DNA from: Azolla caroliniana
Taxonomy: Eukaryota; Plantae; Polypodiophyta
Direction of reading: 5' to 3'
DNA length: 64,000 nucleotides
Assembly (NCBI GenBank): GCA_043228905.1
Contig: JBHGNT010000018.1
Span: forward strand, 1,240,001 to 1,304,000
Shown here: positions 1 through 14,546 of the stretch, one piece after another
How the letters are laid out: each line of letters starts with the position of its first letter
How positions within the stretch are numbered: the first letter of the stretch is position 1
Made by a program: the position numbers and the translations under genes
The notes under the pieces: model-generated
Database searches by the model: none
Told to the model about the DNA's origin: nothing
What the model saw: only the letters and a program-made list of their open reading frames with translations

Positions 1-1493
1 AAATAAGCTCCTCTTCTTCTTAGTTTTCTTATCCCAATCTTGTATTCTTTTATCCCACTTTTAATAGAGCAGGCTGATTTGGAAGATTTAGGCTTAATTG
101 GCCAAACTTCGATAAATTCTGGTTTGTTTTTCTTTTTTTACTCTATTTAATAGCTTTATTTTTGTTATATTTAGTTAGTTATTTTGCTATAAATAACTAA
201 GAATATTTTGACACTTCTGCAACAGTCCATACATGTATTCAGGTTTTGGTGCATGGGATTTTAGACGGGAATTACACATATAGATGCATTCAAGTGTTGA
301 TGAATGAACTTTTGATACTATATAGGGGGGAATTGTACATATAGATATGTGTGCGTTGTATAGGCATACATGTGGTCAAGCTTTTAGACATTAATGTCTA
401 AGTGAGAATGTGAAGACATCATACAGAGAGACGTCTTTCCATGCAGCCTTCGTCCATGTCATCAAACAAACAAACACCAGACAGAAAAAAACATTTGAGT
501 TTCATGCTTTCTATCACCCCACTACATAAGGAAAAGTGGTACAAAGCATGGAGACCGCACATATTCATCCAGATTGTTTCGGGACTTAAGAAATGATCTC
601 AATCTTTGTAGGGGCCTCTAATCGTGATAGCTTTCTAGAACATTTTCTAAGGAGATTCACAAAGGGGGATATCGTGATGGTTCAGATAATTATAACTATA
701 CAACAATAAGTTGAAAGTTCAACGCGTATCTCTCCATACCCAAAGGTAAAGGGTCCCCTCCATCAAAGCCTTCGTTGGGTATAAATTTGAGTGCCAAATA
801 TTGAATTCCAGCAATGTAAATTTTATTTCTTTTTATAACTTGCATCAATTGAAGGCACATTTATGCCATTTCCCCGAATTGCATTTTGCTGCTTCCAAAC
901 ATTCAAACTAGTGTCTCTCAAACTATACTTAGCAATTTTTTTCAGAAATAGGCCATTTTCCCATAAAATGTTTCATCTTTTTGTAAGGACCAAGTGAAGG
1001 TTGTATTTGAAAAGTAAACATAATGCAGCATAGGCAAGATGCCATGTATTCATCTAGGCAAATGTATCTTTTCAAAGACATTTTAGAATGCATATCCAGA
1101 GAGATGGAGATGAGCTTCTTTGTGTTTTGTTGTCGATAGTGGTCATTTGAGCTGGTGCTATATACCATTTTTAACATAATTAACAAGATATTATGAGAGA
1201 GAGCGAAAGTTAGCAACCCTTTCAATGAAAAAACAAGAGATATTACAGTAACTCAAATAGTAGCCTACGTTTTAGCCCATTGAAGTAGGTTGTGACTGTT
1301 TTTTTCCCATTACTTTCACACGAAGGTGTTTTTGAGCTTAGTGTTTTACCAAGAAGGTGAACTGGTTTTAGCACGAAAGCTACTCCCAAGTGAATCCCGT
1401 TTCACCCTAACATTGGTTTTTATGGGTTTGAAACAATATATTAAAGAATGCGGTTTCCAATATTGAACATGCATGTTTTCTATGTTCTTGCAG

Positions 1494-4217
<2,724 letters not shown>

Positions 4218-4606
4218 ATTGTTAATAGGGGTTCTCACCTTCGATTTCTTCTCTCTTTCCCTTCCCCCTAATGTGCTAATAGTTGGAAAGTGGTTAATTT
4301 AGCATGTTGCCATCATATGGTTAATTTACGAAGCTGATGATATGAGGTTCTTATAGCATATTGGTGAAATATTGATCTAAATCCTCAAACGTCATCATTC
4401 CAGGAGATCTAATTCATATAGCAAAGAATGTCAAGTGTCAAAAGTTGCCTTCGTTTTTGGTGCCCTGAAATTTTTTCAATTTTTTGCGATTCCAATAGAA
4501 TCTCTTTGTTCATTGTACTGTTGTGTACTCAAAATAGATTTAAGATGCTGGATACCCGGTTTGTCAGCCTTTTTAGTTTTTTTATTGAGTAGGTAAATTG
4601 TCCAGT

Positions 4607-5033
4607 TTGCAATTTCACTGATTCTTGCGATCAATTTTGGCTCAGATGCTTGGCTTGGATGTGTGCTTTCTTTGATTGGCTTATATGTGACTTGATGATG
4701 CTCTTTGTAGGCTGACCTGTAGAAATCTTGCTATAATTTGCCCTTCCCTTGCAATTTCACTGATTCCTGTGGTCAACGTTGGCTCAGATGCTTGGTTTGG
4801 ATGTGTGCTTTCTTTGATTGGCTCATATGTGAGTCAATGATGCTCTTTGTAGGCTGACCTGTAGAAATCTTGCTATAATTTGCCCTTCCCTTGCAATTTC
4901 ACTGATTCCTGTGGTCAACGTTGGCTCAGATGCTTGGCTTGGATGTGTGCTTTCTTTGATTGGCTCATATGTGAGTCAATGATGCTCTTTGTAGGCTCAC
5001 CTTTAGAACTCTTGATATAATTTGCCCTTCTCT
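4607..5033. repeat. Tandem repeat, 3 copies of about 142 bp, downstream of YY1
   Basis: The unit ttgcaatttcactgatt...gcccttccc starts at about 4607, 4749 and 4891; copies are nearly identical. Confidence 0.9.
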
Positions 5034-6190
5034 TGAACAATAAGGTTGAATGTATTTCTCGTCAGTGTGGATGATGCTTTCTGTAGGTTAATGTGTATAG
5101 ATCATGTTACAACCTGTCCCACTTTTTTTGTGATTAATGACATCATGGATTGAATGTGACTAGACGAGCCATAATTCAAGCTGATGTTTGGAAACTTCAC
5201 ATTATTGTGCTTACTCTTTTCTTTCGAGCTTAGGAGGCAATTCTATTTTCATATCTATTGACTATTTGCACATAACCTTATCTGCTTTCCTTTTGGAGAT
5301 AAACTTTCACTATTTTTAATCCTTCATTTGTTTTAATGATGATTACGATCAACATATATTTAAACATAGCAACCATAATTAACAAGGACAAATGGTGTAA
5401 TCTCATCAAGGTCAAGACAATAGCCATCAGCAATCATTGCATGGTAGCTATGATGCATTGCAGTTTCCTAATGATAACCACAAATGACAGCTCCAATGAT
5501 TTGTAGCTTTTTCCTAATGATAACCACCACATGGTAGATCCAATGCTTTGTTGTTTTCATAGTGATAGAGCATATGGTACCTTTAATTATCCACTTATTT
5601 TGACACCCAAGGATTGATTAGGTTGAGTTCCTGCCATGACATGCTCTATTTTCCTCCCACCATTCTCTGAGGTTGTAATTCCCCAGTGTCCTAGAACAAA
5701 AGCAGTATATACCCACAAAATCTCCATATTAGTGTAACCTTATCATCTGATGCCCTAGCTTGTATAGATATATATCTGCATCTGCAGATTCCTACATTTT
5801 GAGAGCTTTTATGTCTTTCATATTGCTGTCCTCAATACTAACAAACCTTTTGTGCCACTTCAAGAAACTCATTACTGGAAGACAAAACATCCAAATGACA
5901 TCAGCGAAAAAGGGCTTTTTTATTATTGCACAAAAAAAATCTCTATTTCAGTGTATGTCCTCAATAGACCAATGCATCCCAATCCAAAATACAAAATGTT
6001 CTTGACACTTAAAAAATGTTACTACCACTGTATTTTATATTTCCTGACACAATATAATGAACTCTTTCCTGGTCTCAACTCTTCCTATGTCGTCTTGAGT
6101 GAAGACCAGTACAATTAGGTCAATTCAATTCCTTTCAAAATGGCGTTCAAATGAAGAATGAGACATTTGACAGTTGAATGTGATTTTTCT

Positions 6191-8481
6191 TTAACCAGGT
6201 AACATTTCTTTCTCTTTTGCCTTACAACTGTCATCCACAAGCTTCACGAATTTCTTTGTCAATTCATCAATCTGCATTACGCCACAAAGACGATGATTTT
6301 TGACTCTCAAAGATTAGGCATTTAAACTAGGGACTTCACACTCACTTAAAAGAAATAACATGTTCAACATTTCAATAAATAATTAAACTAGTCCTCTTAA
6401 CATATAACTGATGGTTTTTTAATAATTGATCCAACCACTTGAATCAGCATATAGAGGAGTAGCATTAAACTCAAGTTAATATATAAACCAGTGGGTAATT
6501 CAATTCTTGATGCTAAAACAGCATTACCTCTTTCTCTCGACGTTTGATATCATCTTTTGATATATGTCCAGTAGATTTCTTTATTGCATCCATTGCCTGA
6601 CATTCAGAGATCGTTAGCTTTCTTTTCACCATGAATCACTCATAGAACTACAGTGGGGAGTAACTAGCATTAGCAAAGAATGTGGCATAAAGCAATCGAA
6701 AGATCACGAGAATAGTGACACCTGGGGGGAAATATAAGCTATTTATAACCCAATAGCTATTTTTCAAAGGATTTTGGCTGTATTTACGCTAATGTAAAAA
6801 TTACCTCAGTTTTAGCTTAAAATAATGAATTTCAAGTAATACTCACAAAAAATATGGCTAAATATTGTGTAATTTTTAAATATAAGCCCAAATACTAATG
6901 CCTTTCAGAGTTTTATATCCTATAAATTTGCACAACCATTTATATTACGTCCACGTCATTCCTTATTTTTTAGCATGAGTAACACTCCAAAAAATACATC
7001 ATTTTAAGTAGGTTAATATATAGCATATGGCTTCTTAGATAAAGATATAACTTTAGGAGAGGATCGGTATCCTACAGTCTGTCTTGCTCTTCGTATGCTC
7101 GTCTTTGCTGTCTCTCCAGCCTTCCCAACAACTTTGACCATTGTCTGCATATCATCATATGCTGGAGTTGGTAAGAGAAAGTGAGTAATTTGACAATGAA
7201 GGAATTTCGTAGACAGTGACATGCAGAAATTCTTGAGATTTTACCTCAATGTATTCCTTCGTTGGTCTGCAAGAATTATGAGAATTTTAGCAAAGTTATG
7301 CCAAGGAATATGGTAATGAAACATAACAAATAAGAGCAAAGTATAAGAACTGATACTTGGGTATCGGGACCGTAATTATTTCTCCTTCAGTAGAAGGATT
7401 AAGTTTCAATGGAGAGGTTCGAATCCCTCGTTCCACACACTTAACAATCTACAAAAAGCAAACAACAGATGAGAAAGATTTCATTTTTTTCTACATTTTC
7501 CATTTCGAACATAATATAATAGAAGCTTACAGCAGAATCAAATGGTGTGACTCGTAGCTTCTCATTGTCAATAACTGTAACTGCTGCAACATGTGTTAAT
7601 GGAGACCTAATCCCATTATTATCCACTACGGTGACATGATCCAGAGTTCCTGGAAATTAAAAAATATCTTTATATTTTATGGTTAGTTATCAATATTTGC
7701 CTTGACTATAGTAGCATTTAAAAACATTTACCTGAAGAAACCCTTCCTGTTCGAAGTTTACTAAGCTCTCGTGCCAGAGAATCTAATGAAGACTCCATTT
7801 GCTTCACTGTATTGTCCTTAACACTTGGATAGACATCTTCATAAACAGCCGTCGATTCCTCATCTCCTTCTACACATGCGGTGTGAATCAATCAAAACAA
7901 CCGAATAAAAATCAGGTTACATGCATATCACGGGCATTACGCAAGCATATCTACAGACAGCCAGCAAGAGCTATGGCTGAGGTTCACTTGTAAGTGTATA
8001 TAGTACGCTTCTTGAGAATATAGCCTCGGGATTTTCAAACAATTCAATACGTCAAATCTATCTGGTTTCCTTCCTAACCCTAACTTTAATCTCCCCACCC
8101 TTTCTCTCTCTATGCTTGGATGAGACGAAGGCAAAACTTTGTGTTACTGTGAATGACATAAAAGAAAAGAATTTATGCATTCTCTCTCTAAATCCCCCAA
8201 AACATAAACCCTAAATAGAGGTCAGTAGCATACTAACTTGATTTCTTGGCTTTGGCATAGGTTCTTCGGTTTTCTGCGAAGGAGCCCTGGATCCTCATCA
8301 TCAACGGTGAACAACGATTCATCTGGGAAGGAAAACCTTCGGATGGAGAGGCCGAAGGAGAATGATCGAGGTTGCGGGGAATGGCGGCGGGGTAACTTTG
8401 TGGTCCTCGAAGAAGATGAGAGGAGGAGGAGGAGACGCGGCGGAGGAGAGGGTGGGTCCTCCTGAAGCTCGACATCGCCAT
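6191..8481 (-). CDS. RRF: Organellar (probably mitochondrial) ribosome recycling factor. Eight exons: 8481-8238, 7869-7732, 7649-7531, 7448-7357, 7266-7245, 7144-7076, 6596-6528, 6271-6191.
   Basis: Spliced translation gives an Arg/Ser-rich transit-like N-terminus, then ARELSKLRTGR, TLDHVTV, LRVTPFD, IRTSPLKLNP, KTSIRRARQ and IDELTKKFVKLVDDSCKAKEKEM. All introns are GT-AG. Confidence 0.88.
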
Positions 8482-8541
8482 GAGAGCGACCACCACGGTT
8501 GCAGAAGCAGGAATCAGAGCAAGGTGGGGTTGGGGTCGAGA

Positions 8542-8562
8542 TTAGGGTTAGGGTTAGGGTTT
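8542..8562 (-). promoter_or_regulatory. Telo-box cluster (AAACCCTAA plus TTAGGG repeats) about 60-80 bp upstream of the RRF ATG; a second telo-box lies at about 8207 in intron 1
   Basis: The sequence is ttagggttagggttagggttt. Telo-boxes are established promoter/5'UTR elements of plant translation-related genes. Confidence 0.55.
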
Positions 8563-8709
8563 AAGCCAACATCATCATTATTATCCCCATTGGAGTGTGG
8601 TGTGGGTAGTAGTAAGTATATGTACATAGACAAAAGTACTCTGTTTCTAGGTTCTTTCTTTTCTTTCGGTTTCAGGAACTATCATAGAGAGAGAGAGAGA
8701 GAGAGAGGT

Positions 8710-10385
8710 ATGCTGCTTAATTAGCTGCTGAAGCAATTATCTCCGAAGACAGGAGGAAACTTGGTTGCCTTCTTTGAAATGGATGTTCTTCACAGATGTA
8801 CAAACACCGAGACGGAATCTAACATCCAATACATTTCTCCTGCGAATCTTCAGAGCATTGGGATGTATGTAATCAAGATTTTTTTACACAAGCAGATGCG
8901 TAACACGTGGGATGGTTGGATGAATCCGTTGCCTTTGGATGATTCTCTCGTCCGAGATTCTATTGGAAACGTATTGGGCCTTAGACCTTGTCTGGCATCG
9001 GGAAAACTTGACAATGGGCCAACAACATCAATAGGATCCTGGATTCATTTTCGACAGATGCCAGAAGTGGATCGGCTTAAGCAATTACACTCGATATATG
9101 GGACGAAAACAATGACAATGGATATTTCCGCGGCCTTCTCACATGTCTCAATGCGACTTCAACCAATGCAGTAGCATATGTGGTTTGGTTGCCTTACGAA
9201 TGGCATGATGCTCTTTGTTAAAGGAATTTCTATAGACGGGTGTATTTTTTATTTCCATATTCAACAAGATAATAAATTGCAGCCTTATACACCCTCAGAT
9301 AATTTACTACAAAACCTACTGGTTGTTCCAATTAGGGTGATTGCCAAAACTAGTAAGAAATGGCTCTTGGATCCACAACCATCAATAGCTCATATGTGGG
9401 ATATGCTTTGGTTATATGCACAACAACCAGGTAATAGGCTGATGTGGGACCCAGGGGGATAGTTCTAATTTTCTAAACTAGTCCCATGATGGATCCAATG
9501 CAGAAACTTCTGTTCTTTCAGTATACTGTAAAATTTGGTAGAACCTTACTCATGTCTAAGAATATTCCAACTCCTACGGCTCAAAAGCACTGGAGTAAGT
9601 GGGGTGTTTCGAGCAACCATTTAAAGGCTTATTGGAAATGGATTTGGTTTTTTACGGGACCAACAAAATTCATTCTCTTTAGATGGCTTTTACTACATGC
9701 AACAATACCAGTAGGTCAGTCATTGAAAGGAAATGCGGCAACCATTCTTAGACAATGTAGTTATTGTTGTGATTGGTCCTGTTCACTAGTCTAGCAGGTA
9801 TGGAATAAAGTTCTTTCTTTATTCTTAACAATTAATGCAGGTTGCCTCTTCTCCTGGGGATCAACGGTATGGGGGTTGTCCATTCCAGTCTCTTATTGTA
9901 TGAGACAGATGATGCTCTAGAGGCTAAGATAGTCATCAATAGGCATTTAATATCAGTCTCCCCTTTTTAGCAACCTTGAAAGCAAATGCATGCAACCCAT
10001 GTATGGAAAACAATATCTACAATTACACTATGGACCTTATGGAAGTATCATTGTAAAAGACGATATGGTTCCATAATCCCCCTTCTCTTAGATATATTGC
10101 CAAAATTATGGGAGAGCTTATTGGTGGTAGTGTGTGGGCAATATGACAATTTGTTGGGCTCTTCAGAGGTTGTTCTTAAGAAAAGGAAAAAATTACTATA
10201 GTTATGGAGGAAGTTGCCTCTATTCATGATCTCCTCTCAAGGACCAATCTAGAAATATCATCACCCCTGACCCTTGTCATGATCATCCTTTTTGTATATA
10301 ACACTCTCTAATTGTACATTTTGTAGCCTTCTAGCGTTTTTTCTTAATATTAATGAAGGAAATCTTTTTGGAAAAAAAGAAAGAA
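8710..10385 (+). mobile_element. Degenerate, 5'-truncated L1-type LINE (3' part of ORF2 with zf-RVT-like region and A-rich tail)
   Basis: Broken Trp-rich ORFs (WKWIW..KFILFRWLLLHATIPVG..CSYC; WKTISTITLWTLWKYHCKRRY) resemble a plant L1 ORF2 C-terminus. The segment ends in an A-rich tract at about 10372-10384. Confidence 0.65.
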
Positions 10386-10433
10386 TTAGAATTAGATTTT
10401 TTTATCGTCCATAAAGAGGCTAGTTTTGACCTA

Positions 10434-11001
10434 TGGGTCGCAATGGGCCCGGTTTCGGCTCGAACCGAACCGAACCCTTAAGCCATGGTTAAAAGGTTTA
10501 TAAGTTCCAAAATAATTGAATGGTTTGGTTTGGTTTTAATTATTAATAAACGGTTTGGTTTGGTTCTGAAACTGAGATTTATTGGTTTATATGTTTAAGT
10601 GGTTTGGTTTAAAGGTTTATAGGCTTTTGGACTAACTTTTTTTATCCCTTGTTTATTTAATTTAATAGTTTAATTAATGTTTTTATTGATTTAATTCACT
10701 TAACTTAAATGTTTATTTAATCTAATGACTTAATTAATGCTTTTTTATTTAATTTAGTGTATTCTTATTTAATTAATTTTTAAACTAGTTTGGCTTAAAT
10801 GTGGTTAGGTTTAAACTTTTTATTAAATGGCTCGGTTTGGTTTCAACTTTTCCCTAAAAGGTTTTGGTTTAAATAGTTTAGTTTACCTTTTCTTAAATGG
10901 TTTGGTTTAATGGCTTGAAAGTTCATAAACGGTTTAGTTTGGTTTTTGTTTAATGGTTTGGTTTCAAGGCAAAGAAACCGAACCGGGCCCATTGCTACCT
11001 A
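10434..11001. mobile_element. Non-autonomous TIR element (hAT-type MITE)
   Basis: 21-bp TIRs tgggtcgcaatgggcccggtt / aaccgggcccattgctaccta match at 19 of 21 positions. Subterminal aaccg/ggttt arrays flank an AT-rich core. No clean TSD is visible. Confidence 0.75.
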
Positions 11002-11802
11002 TGGGACCAAAGTATACATGTGTTCTTGATATGTGTCTCCTTCCTACAAAGGGGTATTCATACATTGAAGCACAAAGTCTCTATGCATGAATAAAGCATA
11101 CACATAATAGGGCAAATATTTGACGTGTGTCATCATGCCCGTCAAAGGTCATTTTGCTCGTAAAAAACATACACCCATTGAAAATGTTCATCAAGTGACA
11201 TATAAAGTTTAAATTTCTATTTTCATGTGAAAGGTCCCTAAATTTTATATATGTCAAATGACATGCTAAAATTCTATTTTCCATGTCATGACTCATATAT
11301 GTATATATATACATTGTAATACACATATAAATGCATGTATGTACTATGGTGTGTATAATAATATATTATGTATATGTTTTTATATAACACTATAAAAATA
11401 ATATCACATAATAAGGCTATATATTCTTAAATCTTTATTCTCTTACTAAGAATGTTAGTTGAAACTTATTTTTGGAAAACAAGAAACTTAAAATTTAATT
11501 TACAGAAAAACCTTTATTAAATATTCTAAGAGTTTAGGTTTAATTTTAATCTTTTTAGTTTTAACTATTAAACCTGTTTTTTTCATACTTATTACTATCT
11601 TTTATTTAAAAAATTAGGTTAATAACAAAATGTGGATAGTAAATATCATAGTGTAAACTTACATATGTAATTTTACACTATAATTTTTGGAAAAAAATTT
11701 ACACTATAATATATAAGTTTACACTACCCTAAAAATAGTTACATATCTTGTTTGTGCTTTGGCTTAAAAAACATTAACATGATATTTAACATTTGCAATG
11801 TA

Positions 11803-12625
11803 TTATTCTAGCTTTGTCCTCTTAGCATCTTCCCACTTCATCCTTAATGATTTCACCAACCTTTCCTCAATCATTACATAATGCATAACATCGCCCGAAA
11901 GCTCTAAAAGATCATCTAGACCCCATCTTCTAAACCATTTCCTTATGTCAACAACCCAATCGAATGAGAGAATCTTACTCTTATGATTCTTTTGTAGCTT
12001 ATATCCAACATTCCAAGCAAGATGTGGTAATCGATAATTCGACATATTCTTGACTTTTGTAATGTATTTATATACTCAATCTCTTTGGAGTGCCAATATT
12101 TCTATGGGTCGAACACCTGTTTCCAAGAGCATAACATGGTAAGAGGTAGTGCATTTAACTCCTAATTGCCTCCTTAAAAACATCTTTTGAATTTTCTCAA
12201 TCTCATTCCATGCATTAACAAGGATGGTACCACCCCATACTTCTACTCCATAAAGCAATACTTGAGTTACCATGGCATTGAACAACATTAGTTTTACTTC
12301 CCATTCACAGTATCACTTTGGTTGCATTGGTTCTCCAAAAGGTAATATGATTTCCAATAGGCTTGGAGCCTAGAATCAAAGCATGCACTCCATTTATTTG
12401 TGGCGCGTACATCAATACCAAGATATTTAAAGCTTTGAACAAATTGTATACGTTCACCTCTATATGTGTGCATAGAGTAATGATGAGGTTGGATGGTTTG
12501 CACTACCATCATTTTTGTTTTCTCCACATTCATTGCTAGTCCACTACTATGGCAAAATTCGTCTAATACCCCAAGTAAAAGTTGCATACTATCAACATCA
12601 TATGAGAAGAGTACCACATCATCTG
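11803..12625 (-). mobile_element. RTEX/RTE-like LINE ORF2 fragment, cut at the RT YADD motif by the adjacent gypsy LTR
   Basis: Motifs DDVVL..GLAMNVEKTKMM..FKYLG and LFNAMVTQVLLYGVEVWG are present. It is similar to the LINE fragment at 57.6-59 kb. Confidence 0.8.
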
Positions 12626-14546
12626 TGTTGTGACTCATGAGTAGGAGAGAGAGGGAGAGAGAGAGGGAGAGAGAGAAGACAAGAAATGGAAATGATCTTA
12701 TATTATGAGAAAACAAGGTTACAAAGAGTAGGCTAAGGGTTAAAAACTAGTGTTGAACCGAATGAGTTGTGATGAATGTATAGACACCTATTTATAGATC
12801 CTTATGGAGTATTCTAGAATGTTCTAGAATATTTTAGATATTTATGATAATAAATATAATCATGAAATATTCAAGAATGTTTTAGAATAATCTAAAATGT
12901 TCTAGAATATTCCAAATATCTTGTAATAGCTAAAAATATAATTATTATAACTCACATCATACATGTTATTACAATGGTTAAAGGTTCAACACATAGACCA
13001 AGAAGTTGTGGGTTCGACTCTAGATAAGCCAAAATGTATGTCTTCATGACATTATCCCCCCTCTTTGACAACGAGTTCCACGAGTAAGAAGACAAGAGTT
13101 CAGACTTGGTTTATGGGGATATTTGTTGTGAATGGGAGCAACTATGTCGGAGGCATTAACAAGATGCTCGGTAGGCTCCCATGTTTGATCATTAGGTGTA
13201 TAACCTAACCAATCAACCAAATAATATAGTTTGTAGCGGATGATCTTGGAGTCGAGAATGGCAACAACCTCATATTCAGAGCCATTGGAATCTTCAATTG
13301 GAGGTGGGGGTGGTGTAACACGACCCGAAATAGAGCTTGGTGTGTAGGGCTCCAAAAATGAAACATGGAAGACCGGGTGACGCATATGAGGAAGAAGATC
13401 AAGGAAAAATGTCATATCATTGATCTTACCAGAGATCACATATGGGCCGAAACATTGATAATCCAGTTTGTAGCAAGGTCGGGTGGTTTTACTGCTACCC
13501 TGTAAGAGCCATACCCGATCGCCTACTTGAAACGTAGTCGTTGAATCACGTTGATGACGGTCAACAACCTTCTTGTGAGTGGTTTGAGCATCACATAAAT
13601 GGTGCAAAAGTATATCCTGAACTTCTTGAAGTCGGGTGAGCCGATCTTCAGTAGCCGGGTTTGATGGAAGTTCGAGATGTTCAAGCATTGTCCAACGAGG
13701 ATGGTCCCCAATGTTTGCAAAAAATGGGGAATATCTAGTAGAAGAATGTTCGGAGTTGTTGTAAGCAAATTCTGCAAAATGTAATAGATCAACCCAATCA
13801 TCTTGTTGATAGTTGACAAAACAATGAAGATATTGTTCGACTATTTGGTTGGTGTGCTCACTCTGCCCATTAGTCTCTAGATGGTAGCTAGAAGAGAGTT
13901 TACAAGAAGTATGTAAGAGTTTGAACATGTGCCGCCAAAATTTTGAGATGAATTGGGGACCTCGATCACTGATAATATCATATGGAAGACCGTGATGGCA
14001 AAAGACCTCCCACATGAGTAAATCGACTATCTCTTGGCTAATAATGGTCTTCGTGCATGGAAGGAAATGCTCCATCTTTGTAAAACGATCTACTACCGTG
14101 AGAATAGAATCAAAACCCTTTGAAGGTGGAAGATATGTAATAAAGTCCAAGGAAATAGATTTCCATGGGCTCTCGAGAATAGGCATTGGCTGTAATAAGC
14201 CATATGGATGATGTCGAGGATTTTTTGATCAGCAACATGTATCACAACTACGAACATAATCCGTAACAAAATGGCGAGGTTATGGCCACCAATATCAGCG
14301 AGAAATCAATTCAAAAGTCTTGTGGATGCCGAAATGTCTAGCCATTGGTGTGTCATGACATTGTCGCATGACTTCGAGTCGAGAAGGACCGTTCGACACA
14401 TACAAGAGAGTTTGTCAAAAAAGTAAACCATCATGCCAACTGAACTTGGTGTAGTCTAGAGTCCAGACGAGGATTTTGAGATTGGGAGCTGGAAGCACGA
14501 TCTGGGATAATATGATTCAAAATCTTTTGTGCAAATGCATCGATTT
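12626..14546 (-). mobile_element. Ty3/gypsy chromovirus (Tcn1-like), 3' half: integrase plus chromodomain (ORF 14186-13044), PPT about 13052-13066, 3' LTR 13051-12626
   Basis: An HHCC zinc-binding remnant is followed by WKSISLDFI, VVDRFTKM, IISDRGPQF and a GPY motif, then a canonical chromodomain (EYEVVAIL..YYLVDWLGY..TWEP). The LTR reads TGTCATGA...CACAACA on the minus strand. Confidence 0.9.

Noticed and set aside
4607-5033. CRISPR-like array (also considered for 33918-34145 and 62942-63220)
   Set aside because: These are head-to-tail tandem repeats with no unique spacers and no cas genes, in a eukaryotic context.
10426-11009. 8-bp TSD for the MITE
   Set aside because: The flanks ttgaccta and tgggacca do not match well enough to call.
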